NCBI GenBank assembly: GCA_018713745.1 | Contig: DVOH01000016.1 | Coordinates: 15,604 to 79,603 of the forward strand | Length of the DNA: 64,000 bases | From: Candidatus Stercoripulliclostridium merdipullorum | GTDB taxonomy: Bacteria > Bacillota > Clostridia > Christensenellales > DTU072 | Reading direction: 5' to 3' | Shown here: positions 1-7,946 of the stretch, in pieces | Layout of the letters: the number at the start of each line of letters is the position of its first letter | How positions within the stretch are numbered: the first letter of the stretch is position 1 | The notes under the pieces: model-generated | Seen by the model: only the letters and a program-made list of their open reading frames with translations | What the model was told of the DNA's origin: nothing | The model's database searches: none | Made by a program: the position numbers and the translations under genes

Positions 1-132
1 GCGGCGGGGGCAGTTTTTGCAGTGAGAGCCGCAAGCGGGATATCCTTTTTTGCGGCGCACGATCATTGCCGCCGCGGCGAGGGCGACGACGATGACGACG
101 ATGACGAGAACGACGACGGTCGGGGTGTTCAT
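1..132 (-). CDS. FeoB-associated Cys-rich small membrane protein (C-terminus runs off the window)
   Basis: Own translation of the minus strand from ATG at 132-130, which overlaps the feoB stop by 1 nt: MNTPTVVVLVIVVIVVALAAAAMIVRRKKGYPACGSHCKNCPRR... It has one hydrophobic helix followed by a Cys-rich tail. The position directly downstream of feoB is typical. Too short or partial for the ORF track. Confidence 0.5.
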   Translation of the reverse strand, partial: MNTPTVVVLVIVVIVVALAAAAMIVRRKKGYPACGSHCKNCPRR

Positions 133-2138
133 CAGAGGGTGAACAGCAGCCCCAAGCCGTAGATCAGGGCGGCGGCGAGGTATGCGATCAGGGTCTGGAG
201 CGCCATGGCGGCGACGGCGACGCGGGTGGAGCCGAGTTCTTTGCGGGCGGTGGCGAAGGCGGCGACGCAGGGCATATAAAGGGAGCAGAATACGAGGAAA
301 GACATCGCCTGCACGGGGGAGAACAACGCCGACAGAACGCCGCCGAGCTCGGCTTGCGTGACGCCCATCAGGACTGCCAGGGTGCTGACGACGGCTTCTT
401 TGGCGGTGATGCCGACGATGACCGAGGTTGCGGCGCGCCAGTCGCCGAATCCGAGGGGAACAAATACGGGCGCGATCAGCTTGGCGACGGCGGCAAGGAT
501 GCTGTCCTCACTGTTTTGGGTGAAGTGGAAGGTGGGGGTGAAGCTGCGCAGGAACCAGACGACGACGGAGGCAAGCAGGATGATCGTAAAAGCGCGGACG
601 AGGAAATCTTTGGCTTTGTCCCACATATTAAGAAGCACCGACTTTGCCGAGGGGAAGCGATAGGCGGGCAGTTCCATGACGAAGGGGACGGACTGCCCTT
701 TGAAAGCGGTTTTTTGAAGAATCAGGGCGTAAACGATCTGCAAGAGAATGCCGAAGACATAAAGAAACAGCATAATCAAAGCGCGGTATTTGGGGAAAAA
801 CGCCATGGTAAAGACGGCGTAGATGGGAATTTTGGCGCTGCAGGACATGAACGGAACCATAAAGATCGTCAGTTTGCGGTCGCGTTCGGACGAGAGGGTG
901 CGGGTGGCAAGGTAGGCAGGGACGGAGCAGCCGAAGCCGATGAGCAGGGGGACGATACTGCGTCCCGACAGTCCGATTTTGCGCATCAGGTTGTCCATGA
1001 CAAAGGCGACCCGCGCCATATATCCGGTATCTTCGATGACGGAGAGGAAAAAGAACAGCACGACGATGGTCGGCAGGAACGACAAAACGCTGCCGACGCC
1101 CGCAAAAAGTCCGTTGACGACGAGGGAACGAAGCCACTCGCTGACTTCGAGGCGGACGAAAAGATCGTCCAGTCCGTTTGCGGCAAGATCGATCAGATAA
1201 GAAAAACCGTCGCTGAGATATTTGCCGATCAATCCGAAGGTCAGATAAAAGATCAGACCCATGACGCCGAGAAAGATCGGTATCGCCCAGATGCGGTGGG
1301 TCAGAATGCGATCGATTTTGTCGGCGCGGAGGCGATTGACGTTCTGTCCTTCCTTCTTAATGACGGCGGCACAGATTTCGGCGATGTTGTCGTAGCGCAG
1401 ATCGACGATGGCGGACTCCCGGTCGGTGCCGAGTTTTTGCTCGATTTCTTCGACGAAATGCTGGACGATTTCGGTCTGATTGACGCCGAGGTTGAGTTTT
1501 GCGATCATATCGGCATCGTTTTCGATCAGTTTGATCGCGCAATACTTGGGAGGCAGTCCCAGCTGTTTTGCGTTGTTTTCGATCAGATGGGCGACCGAGT
1601 GCAAGACGGTGTGGAGGGGACCCGAACACAGATCCTTAAAGCGGTTGCGATTGGGAGTGCGCGCCAGTCTGACCGCCTTTTCGCACAGCTCGTCCACGCC
1701 TTGGTTTTTTGCCGCGGAGATCGGCACCACCGTCGTCCCCAACAGCTCGGACAGGGCGTCGACGTCGATTACCGTGCCGTTCTGACGGACTTCGTCCATC
1801 ATGTTGAGCGCAATGATCATAGGGATTTGGGTTTCCAAAAGCTGCATTGTAAGATACAGATTTCGGCTTAACGTTGTTGCGTCGACGATATTGACGATGC
1901 AGTCCGGCTTTTGGGCAAGCGCCTGGAGCGTTACCGTTTCTTCGTTGGAGTACGGCGTCAGCGAATAGATTCCGGGGAGGTCGACGATTTCGACGTCCTT
2001 ATAATTTTTGACCGCCCCCACGCCGAGATCGACCGTCACGCCCGGGAAGTTGCCGACGTGGCGCCGCCCGCCCGTGATGCGGTTGAACAGCGTTGTTTTG
2101 CCCGAATTCTGATTGCCGATCAGCAAAAGTCTCATCAT
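132..2138 (-). CDS. feoB: Ferrous iron transport protein B
   Basis: 668-aa ORF. N-terminal G-domain with P-loop GNQNSGKTTLFN, followed by a long polytopic membrane domain. Translationally coupled to feoA upstream. Confidence 0.95.
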   Translation of the reverse strand: MMRLLLIGNQNSGKTTLFNRITGGRRHVGNFPGVTVDLGVGAVKNYKDVEIVDLPGIYSLTPYSNEETVTLQALAQKPDCIVNIVDATTLSRNLYLTMQLLETQIPMIIALNMMDEVRQNGTVIDVDALSELLGTTVVPISAAKNQGVDELCEKAVRLARTPNRNRFKDLCSGPLHTVLHSVAHLIENNAKQLGLPPKYCAIKLIENDADMIAKLNLGVNQTEIVQHFVEEIEQKLGTDRESAIVDLRYDNIAEICAAVIKKEGQNVNRLRADKIDRILTHRIWAIPIFLGVMGLIFYLTFGLIGKYLSDGFSYLIDLAANGLDDLFVRLEVSEWLRSLVVNGLFAGVGSVLSFLPTIVVLFFFLSVIEDTGYMARVAFVMDNLMRKIGLSGRSIVPLLIGFGCSVPAYLATRTLSSERDRKLTIFMVPFMSCSAKIPIYAVFTMAFFPKYRALIMLFLYVFGILLQIVYALILQKTAFKGQSVPFVMELPAYRFPSAKSVLLNMWDKAKDFLVRAFTIILLASVVVWFLRSFTPTFHFTQNSEDSILAAVAKLIAPVFVPLGFGDWRAATSVIVGITAKEAVVSTLAVLMGVTQAELGGVLSALFSPVQAMSFLVFCSLYMPCVAAFATARKELGSTRVAVAAMALQTLIAYLAAALIYGLGLLFTL

Positions 2139-2362
2139 TGTTCCGCCTCCACCGTGATGCGTGCGGCATCGGCAAGACGAAGCGTCAGGTGATAGCCGCG
2201 CAGTTCGATTTCGAGGGGGTCGCCGAGGGGCGCGCGTTTGACCATGGTGACGTGCGTCTTCGGGGTCAGTCCCATTTCGAGCAGTCGTTTGCGCGTCAGA
2301 CCCTGACCGCCGACAACGGTGACGACGGCTTTTTTGCCTTCTTTCAGTTGGTCGAGTGTCAT
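2135..2362 (-). CDS. feoA: Ferrous iron transport protein A
   Basis: 75-aa ORF with the FeoA-like SH3 pattern (...GLTRKRLLEMGLTPKTHVTMVKRAPLGDPLEIELRGY...). Overlaps the feoB start by 4 nt. Confidence 0.9.
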   Translation of the reverse strand: MTLDQLKEGKKAVVTVVGGQGLTRKRLLEMGLTPKTHVTMVKRAPLGDPLEIELRGYHLTLRLADAARITVEAEQ

Positions 2363-2386
2363 GGTTTGCAGTCCCTTCCTCGTACG

Positions 2387-2402
2387 GTTAGCTTATGCTA
2401 AC
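2387..2402. promoter_or_regulatory. Perfect 6-4-6 palindrome GTTAGC-TTAT-GCTAAC abutting the feoA -10 box (candidate metalloregulator operator)
   Basis: Read directly: GTTAGC 2387-2392 and GCTAAC 2397-2402 are exact reverse complements. On the minus strand the palindrome starts immediately after the predicted -10 and would cover the transcription start. Confidence 0.35.
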
Positions 2403-2431
2403 ATTGTAACAACCGTGAATTGCCTTGTCAA
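2403..2431 (-). promoter_or_regulatory. Sigma-A type promoter for feoAB
   Basis: Minus strand TTGACA (2431-2426), 17-nt spacer, TACAAT (2408-2403). Confidence 0.45.
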
Positions 2432-2453
2432 ATCTTTCGGGATAAGATATACT
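2425..2453 (+). promoter_or_regulatory. Sigma-A type promoter for the DUF896/yhbY genes
   Basis: TTGTCA 2425-2430, 17-nt spacer, TATACT 2448-2453. Its -35 hexamer physically overlaps the -35 of the divergent feoA promoter. Confidence 0.45.
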
Positions 2454-2488
2454 ATTAGCGCATCATAACGGATATACCGGAGGTTCCC

Positions 2489-2707
2489 GTGATCGACATC
2501 GAACGGATCAATTATCTTGCCAAAAAAAGCAGGGAGCAGGGCTTAACGCCCGCCGAAACCGCCGAGCAGGCAAAACTGCGGCGCGCCTACATCGACGCGT
2601 ACAAGCGCAACCTGACGGCGCAGCTGGACAACACCTACATTGTCGACGAAGCGGGCAACAAACGGAAATTGGAGAAGAAGAATGTTGACGAGCAAGCAAA
2701 GAAGTAA
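2489..2707 (+). CDS. DUF896 (YnzC/UPF0291-like) small protein
   Basis: 72-aa ORF with GTG start and GGAGG 6-10 nt upstream. Pattern INYLAKKSREQGLTPAE..EQAKLRRAYIDAYKRNL is typical of DUF896. Confidence 0.75.
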   Translation: MIDIERINYLAKKSREQGLTPAETAEQAKLRRAYIDAYKRNLTAQLDNTYIVDEAGNKRKLEKKNVDEQAKK

Positions 2708-2975
2708 ACTGCGTGCGCAAGCAAGCGCGATCGAACCGATTTTTCAGATCGGCAAAGGCGGCGTAAGCGAAGCGATGATACAGGATCTGTCCCGCGCGCT
2801 GGACGCAAGAGAGCTGATCAAAATCACCGTGCTGAAAAACAGCGACCTTGACCCCAAAGAAACGGTCAATCAACTGGCGGAACTGTTGTTTGCCGAGCCG
2901 GTGGGTGCCGTCGGCAGCAAAATCGTACTGTATCGGTATTCCAAAAAGAAAAAGGAGCACGTACCCCTCGACTGA
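2682..2975 (+). CDS. yhbY: YhbY-like CRM-domain RNA-binding protein
   Basis: Internal ATG at 2682 gives MLTSKQRSKLRAQASAIEPIFQIGKGGVSEAMIQDLSRALDARELIKI..., the classic YhbY N-terminus. Overlaps the DUF896 gene end. Confidence 0.8.
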   Translation: MLTSKQRSKLRAQASAIEPIFQIGKGGVSEAMIQDLSRALDARELIKITVLKNSDLDPKETVNQLAELLFAEPVGAVGSKIVLYRYSKKKKEHVPLD

Positions 2976-3021
2976 GCATCGCTCGAGGTATGGCGCGCCC
3001 CGACCTCGCCATACTGTAAGT

Positions 3022-3243
3022 ATGGCATATTTCAATTATCACGCAACGGCGTCGCGGCTGATTGCCGAAGGGCATCTGACGGGCGCAATCCGAACGGAGG
3101 ACTGGCACGGGATTAAGCCCGCGCTGGTTCTTTTTTTTGACAATCACCGTCCCATGCCCGTGCGCATTCACAGGTTCGGCGAATACGTTGCCAAAATCGA
3201 AAGGGCGGGGATTACGATCGGCGAGGATCGCAGGGAGAATTGA
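3022..3243 (+). CDS. Hypothetical small protein (73 aa)
   Basis: ATG at 3022 within track ORF 2848..3243 gives MAYFNYHATASRLIAEGHL... The composition looks protein-like. I do not recognise the family. Confidence 0.35.
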   Translation: MAYFNYHATASRLIAEGHLTGAIRTEDWHGIKPALVLFFDNHRPMPVRIHRFGEYVAKIERAGITIGEDRREN

Positions 3244-3715
3244 GGAGTCTGTTCAGCCGTGCGCGCAGTTCGACGCGGCGGTCGGACGGGGGCGCGGCGA
3301 GATCCTTCGGGTCGGTTGCCGCGGGGAGAGAAGCCTCGGCGGGGACGGCGGGGTTTTGGTCAAAGCGCGCGGGGCGGGAGAAAGACTTGCCGCTTTTCGG
3401 GATGCGCTTGACAAGGCGGACGGCAAAGCCGATGAGAAGTGTCGCCGTCACGAATGCCGCAAACACGACGAGTTCGGAAATCAACGGCGCAAAGGGGAGC
3501 GGGACGCTTCCCGCCGTAACCGTCAGCGCGTCGGCGTCGACTCCGATCGCCACGGCAAGGGGCGGCAATAAAAGGGCGCGACATGCGGCGCGCCAGATCA
3601 GATAGCCGATCAATATAAAAAACAGAGGCAGATACTGCATCCAAAACCATCCGCGTTCGGCGTTTGCCTGCGGATCGGCGTCCTTGCGGACGGAAGAAAA
3701 ACGGGACATGGTCAA
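3212..3715 (-). CDS. Hypothetical membrane protein
   Basis: 167-aa ORF with 2-3 hydrophobic helices. Its start overlaps the upstream HD gene stop by 4 nt, suggesting an operon. Confidence 0.5.
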   Translation of the reverse strand: MTMSRFSSVRKDADPQANAERGWFWMQYLPLFFILIGYLIWRAACRALLLPPLAVAIGVDADALTVTAGSVPLPFAPLISELVVFAAFVTATLLIGFAVRLVKRIPKSGKSFSRPARFDQNPAVPAEASLPAATDPKDLAAPPSDRRVELRARLNRLLNSPCDPRRS

Positions 3716-4302
3716 CTCCTGTCGTTGCGATTCTCGTCGAGATACGTTGCCGAGAGGTCGGCAAGGTGGGTCAGGACGGCGATGGGGTAGTCGGCATACG
3801 CCTTGGCGATCGAGTGACTTCCGCCCCTTACGCGGTCGTCAAAACTTCCCATGTGCCAGTTTATCGCAAGTGCTTCTTCGCGGGTCAGACGGAGGAATCC
3901 GTTGATGATATAAACGGATTTTTCGCCGTGCCCGTAAGGGAGTTGTTCGTCGGTGGTATAAAACGGAACTTCTTTCCAGATACCGTTTTCTTTTACGTTA
4001 CGGTACGAAACGGCGTAAACGCCGATTTTGCAGACGTCATGCAGGAGTCCGCAGATCGCGACGGTTTCGTCCGAGTAAATTTCGGGGCGTTTTTCGCCGT
4101 ATTCGAGGTCGAGGAGGGATTTGAGGCGGAGATAAACGTTGACGCTGTGTTCGACCAGACCGCCTTCGCACGCCAGATGGAAGCGTGTGCTTGCGGGCGC
4201 GGTAAAGAAGTCGCTTTTTTTGAGATATTCGAGCAATTCCTCCGAGCCTTTGCGTTTGATGTTGGCTTGATACAGTTCGATAAAGCGATCGGCGTAGTTC
4301 AT
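3712..4302 (-). CDS. HD-domain phosphohydrolase
   Basis: 196-aa ORF with H..(LVEHS)..LLHDVCK..HMG pattern of the HD superfamily. The N-terminus (FTAPASTRFHLACEGGLVEHS) resembles small HD hydrolases common in Clostridia and phages. Confidence 0.8.
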   Translation of the reverse strand: MNYADRFIELYQANIKRKGSEELLEYLKKSDFFTAPASTRFHLACEGGLVEHSVNVYLRLKSLLDLEYGEKRPEIYSDETVAICGLLHDVCKIGVYAVSYRNVKENGIWKEVPFYTTDEQLPYGHGEKSVYIINGFLRLTREEALAINWHMGSFDDRVRGGSHSIAKAYADYPIAVLTHLADLSATYLDENRNDRS

Positions 4303-4303
4303 C

Positions 4304-5545
4304 TTATTCCTCCAAAGTATAAAGATCGGCGCGGATCGAACCCGTACCGCCGAGGGTCAACGCGCGGGGCGGACGAGCGGTCGAGAACAGGGCTTTTCCG
4401 TCGAAATAAAAGGCTGCCGATGCGGGCAGAATCAGAGCGTCCACGCGAGAGACACCCGAAGAAAGCGGGAAGCGGCGTTCGGTTTTGCCGTAGGTTACGA
4501 TGACGGCGGCGGCGTCGCGGTCGAAGTCGAAGCGGAATTCCTGCGCTTCGAGGGTGACGACGGAGCCGGAAGGGCAATCGATTGAGAGCGACAATTCGGT
4601 GGGACGGTCGGTATGCAGGGTGGCTTCGGTGCCGGGAGAAAGAGAGATCGTCTTTCCGTCGTGTGCCCGTCGGCGTTCGAGGCAGGAAGGATAGGTAAGG
4701 GTAAGCGCGTCGTTCGGCGCGGTCAGAGCCGATACGACCATTCCGTTTCCGATGTCGGTCGGGGTTGTGAGCAGGGTTTCGCCGCCCGCGACGGTCGAGG
4801 TGCGCGGCGCGCGAATACCGTAGAGGACCGATGCGTTTGCGGCGGAAAAATCGGCGCGGGTCAGATCGAAGTCGCCGCGCTCCGCAAGGGCTTCGTCCGA
4901 GCGAACGTCCTTGCGGTACAGCAGGACGCTTTGTGCGTTGCAAGTGAATGCGGAGGGGTGGGAAAAGCGCGCGGGCTTTCTGCCGCGGGATTCTCGGATC
5001 GTTCCGACCGATTCCCATTTCATCAGGTTTCGGGACTCCAAAAGAACGATTTCGGAGCGAAAGGGGCGACGGATCGCGCCGAGCAGGAAGTATCGTTTTT
5101 CGGCATAAAACAGACGCGGTTCTTTGAGGTCGAAGTGCGCCGACAAGACAGGCTCGGGATGGGGATCGAAGTGCAGTCCGTCCGAAGATTTGGCAAGGTG
5201 CAGACGGGTCCCGAAGGGGGTGCGCACCGCGTAAAGCAAAGCGATTTTTCCGCCGCGCAGCAGCGTTGTACAAGCCGTGACGGAGCCGCTTGTCCGAAGG
5301 TCGACAACGGTTGCGTCGTGCCAGAAGATACGGTCGGCGGATACGGCGCGTACGATTTTTTGGGGCATTGCGGGGGCGGGACGGGCGAGAAAATAGCAGT
5401 AGTACGTCCCGTCGAGATACAGCACCGATCCGCCCTCCTTGACGGCGGCGGTCGATGGCAGATCGCCAAAGCGTTGCAGTCGGTCGAAATCCTGTTTCAT
5501 CGCATCCTCCGAGTTTATTCTATACGGAAACGGACGGTTTGTCAA
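4304..5545 (-). CDS. Beta-propeller protein resembling the GH32/GH43 (beta-fructosidase-clan) fold, catalytic motifs not evident
   Basis: 413-aa ORF. Spacing of DGTYYCYFL, FWHD, KEPRLF and LMKWESVG recalls GH32 blades, followed by a beta-sandwich-like C-terminus. I cannot find WMNDPNG, RDP or EC signatures. Confidence 0.4.
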   Translation of the reverse strand: MTNRPFPYRINSEDAMKQDFDRLQRFGDLPSTAAVKEGGSVLYLDGTYYCYFLARPAPAMPQKIVRAVSADRIFWHDATVVDLRTSGSVTACTTLLRGGKIALLYAVRTPFGTRLHLAKSSDGLHFDPHPEPVLSAHFDLKEPRLFYAEKRYFLLGAIRRPFRSEIVLLESRNLMKWESVGTIRESRGRKPARFSHPSAFTCNAQSVLLYRKDVRSDEALAERGDFDLTRADFSAANASVLYGIRAPRTSTVAGGETLLTTPTDIGNGMVVSALTAPNDALTLTYPSCLERRRAHDGKTISLSPGTEATLHTDRPTELSLSIDCPSGSVVTLEAQEFRFDFDRDAAAVIVTYGKTERRFPLSSGVSRVDALILPASAAFYFDGKALFSTARPPRALTLGGTGSIRADLYTLEE

Positions 5546-5572
5546 TCGAGGGCGGAAATCCGCGGTTTTCCG

Positions 5573-5917
5573 TCAGGATTCGGGGTTCGGAGCGGGCGGT
5601 ACGCGTCCCGACAGTCCGATGACGTCTTCGACGGGGAGGGACACGGCAAGTCCGTTGCCTTCGGTGTGCAGTCCCGCGGCTTCGTAGATCGCTTCGAGAA
5701 TGGCTTTGCGCAAGTCGGAGCGGGCAAGGATCAGAATAATTTCGCGTTCGGGTTCGATGGTGACGCCGAGGAATTTGCTGACGTCGGCGCCGCCCGTCCC
5801 GCGGGCGTTCAGTACGGTTCCGCCCCGTGCGCCTTCTTTGCGCGCGGCGTTCATGACGGTGTCGGCATAGCCGTGTCGGACAATGGCAAGGATCATAGAG
5901 TAGCAAGCGGATTCCAT
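5573..5917 (-). CDS. P-II-like signalling protein (non-canonical, short T-loop)
   Basis: 114-aa ORF. The pattern ILAIVRHGYADTVMNAARKEGARGGTVLNARG...REIILILA... matches the P-II ferredoxin-like beta-alpha-beta layout. The gene context (DUF1538) is typical for this subfamily. Confidence 0.7.
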   Translation of the reverse strand: MESACYSMILAIVRHGYADTVMNAARKEGARGGTVLNARGTGGADVSKFLGVTIEPEREIILILARSDLRKAILEAIYEAAGLHTEGNGLAVSLPVEDVIGLSGRVPPAPNPES

Positions 5918-5921
5918 AGGG

Positions 5922-6269
5922 TTACCTCGAAGATTTGGGTTCGCCCAGCAGATAGCGGAGGGCGGTCAGACCGGAAACGGTCGAAACGGGCAGCGAAAAC
6001 GCCACCCCCGTATTGGGTTTGTCGAAGTCCAGTTCGGTGCCGAAGGCGTCGAACAGCGACGGAACTTCTGTCGCGGCGACGAAGGCGAGGACGACGGTTT
6101 TTTCGGTTTCGCCGAAGCCCAAATAGGATTGCAGTTCGCTGGGGGCGGTGCCGACGCCGGGGGCAGCCAGCTGAACGCGAATTTTGCGGCGATTGAGCAA
6201 GCGAATCAGACGTTTGCTTTTGGTGCGGTTGACGACGGCAACGATCAGACGCATCGGTTGAGGATCCAT
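5922..6269 (-). CDS. Second, divergent P-II-like protein
   Basis: 115-aa ORF (MRLIVAVVNRTKSKRLIRLL...TVVLAFV...). Same size and secondary-structure pattern as the neighbour. The start may instead be the internal Met (MRLIVAVV). Confidence 0.6.
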   Translation of the reverse strand: MDPQPMRLIVAVVNRTKSKRLIRLLNRRKIRVQLAAPGVGTAPSELQSYLGFGETEKTVVLAFVAATEVPSLFDAFGTELDFDKPNTGVAFSLPVSTVSGLTALRYLLGEPKSSR

Positions 6270-6270
6270 G

Positions 6271-7848
6271 TCAGTTCTCCTTTGGCGCGCGGAATGCGAC
6301 GGAATATCGCGCCGCGTCGGGCAAAACGATTTCGGATTCGGGGGCGTCGCCGCGGATGCGCTTTGCGTATCTGCGCGAGCGGTAAGCGTGAAGAGAGGGG
6401 AGATAGTCGGTGCGGGCGCGGTAAATCAGTCCCATCATCTGCACCGACAGAAGCGGCGTCATTGCGACAAAGGCGACCAGCCCGTAAGCGTCGGTCAGCA
6501 GGTTGCCGCCGAGGGCGGAGCAGGCGCCGACGGCGAAGGGCAAGATAAAGGTAGCGGTTGTAGGTCCCGACGCGACGCCGCCCGAGTCGAACGCGACGGC
6601 GGTGAAGATATCGGGGACGAAAAAGGACAAGAGAAGGGATACCGCGTAAGCGGGTGCAACGAAGTACCAAATGCTGACCGAAGTCAAAACGCGCAGCATT
6701 GCAAGTCCGACCGATGCCGAAACGCCGAGCGCAAGGCAAAGGAGCATTTTGCGGCGGGAGACGGTACCGCCGGTCAGATCCTCGACCTGCTTGTTGAGAA
6801 CGTGCACGGCGGGTTCGGCAAGAATGACGCAGCAACCCATGACGACGCCGAGCGGAATCAGAAAGGCGGGGGCGGAAAGGGCGACGGCTTCGCCGAGGGC
6901 GGCGCCCATGGGCATAAATCCGACGTTGACGCCGGTGAGAAAGACCGAAAGTCCGAAGTAAGCGTAAACGACGCCCACACCGATGCGGATCAGGTTTGCC
7001 GCGGGCAGGCGGAGGGCGAAGATCTGAAACAGCAAGAACACGCCGACGACGGGGAAGAGGGCGAGGGCGACCTCTTTGAGATATCGAGGCAGGGCGCCGA
7101 AAAAGGGGAGGATGGCTTCCGCGGCATTTGTGACCTGCGGGATGACGGTTTGGGAGGGGGTAACGTCGACCGAACCGGTCAAGCCGACGATCATGACGGC
7201 GATGACGGGACCCACCGAGCAAAGGGCGACCAAGCCGAAGGAATCGCGCGAGCTGTTTTTGCCGCGGACGGAAGCAAGCCCGATGCCGAGCGCCATCAGA
7301 AAGGGGACGGTAACGGGACCCGTGGTGACGCCGCCCGCGTCGAACGCGACGGCAAGGAAGTTGTCGGGGACAAAGGCGGCAAGGAGAAAGAGCAAGCCGT
7401 AGAGCAGGAGCAAAAGAAGATTGAGCGGAATATTGAACGCCATGCGGCACACCGCGACGAGCAGCGAGATTCCCACGCCGAGGGCGACGGAATAGAGGAT
7501 GGCGGCGTTAAGCCCTTCGCCTTGCTGCAACTGCGTTGCAAGCACCTGCAGATCGGGTTCGGCAACCGTGATCAAAAAGCCTAAGACGAAGCAAACGCCG
7601 AGAATCAAAGGAAGCTTTTTGGATTTGGTCAAAAAAGCACCGATGGAGTGCCCCATCGGCATCATGGCGAGATCGGTGCCCACGGTGAACAGCGTCATGC
7701 CGACGATCAGAAAAACGGATCCCACGGCAAACAAGCCGATCAGCCCTCCGTCGATTTTACGGGTGATCAGCGCGGCGACGATCCCGAGCACCGTGATCGG
7801 CAGAATGGATACCAGCGATTCGCGCAGTTTGAGCAGGACGTTTTTCAA
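6271..7848 (-). CDS. Fused double DUF1538 integral membrane protein
   Basis: 525-aa polytopic ORF with TTG start. It has two homologous halves, each with FDAGGVTTGP / FDSGGVASGP motifs. The family is normally encoded as two genes of about 250 aa next to P-II-like genes. Confidence 0.75.
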   Translation of the reverse strand: MKNVLLKLRESLVSILPITVLGIVAALITRKIDGGLIGLFAVGSVFLIVGMTLFTVGTDLAMMPMGHSIGAFLTKSKKLPLILGVCFVLGFLITVAEPDLQVLATQLQQGEGLNAAILYSVALGVGISLLVAVCRMAFNIPLNLLLLLLYGLLFLLAAFVPDNFLAVAFDAGGVTTGPVTVPFLMALGIGLASVRGKNSSRDSFGLVALCSVGPVIAVMIVGLTGSVDVTPSQTVIPQVTNAAEAILPFFGALPRYLKEVALALFPVVGVFLLFQIFALRLPAANLIRIGVGVVYAYFGLSVFLTGVNVGFMPMGAALGEAVALSAPAFLIPLGVVMGCCVILAEPAVHVLNKQVEDLTGGTVSRRKMLLCLALGVSASVGLAMLRVLTSVSIWYFVAPAYAVSLLLSFFVPDIFTAVAFDSGGVASGPTTATFILPFAVGACSALGGNLLTDAYGLVAFVAMTPLLSVQMMGLIYRARTDYLPSLHAYRSRRYAKRIRGDAPESEIVLPDAARYSVAFRAPKEN

Positions 7849-7895
7849 GGCAAAACCTTTGTGTCGGAAGCCGACGTTCGATCGATACTATCAAT

Positions 7896-7924
7896 ATTAT
7901 ACTCTGCCGAACGCGCGAAGTCAA
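7896..7924 (-). promoter_or_regulatory. Sigma-A type promoter for the DUF1538/P-II-like block
   Basis: Minus strand TTGACT (7924-7919), 17 nt, TATAAT (7901-7896). Confidence 0.5.
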
Positions 7925-7946
7925 AGAAACACAAAGGAAATCGGAT

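Noticed and set aside
354-1871. 505-aa plus-strand ORF inside feoB
   Set aside because: It is antisense to feoB, which has G-domain and membrane-domain motifs. Its Asp/Gly/Glu-rich low-complexity translation marks it as an artefact.
6245-7584. 401-aa (minus) and 438-aa (plus) alternative-frame ORFs across the DUF1538 gene
   Set aside because: The 525-aa frame gives a coherent polytopic membrane protein with an internal duplication. The alternatives are Arg/Pro-rich or Asp/Gly-rich nonsense frames.
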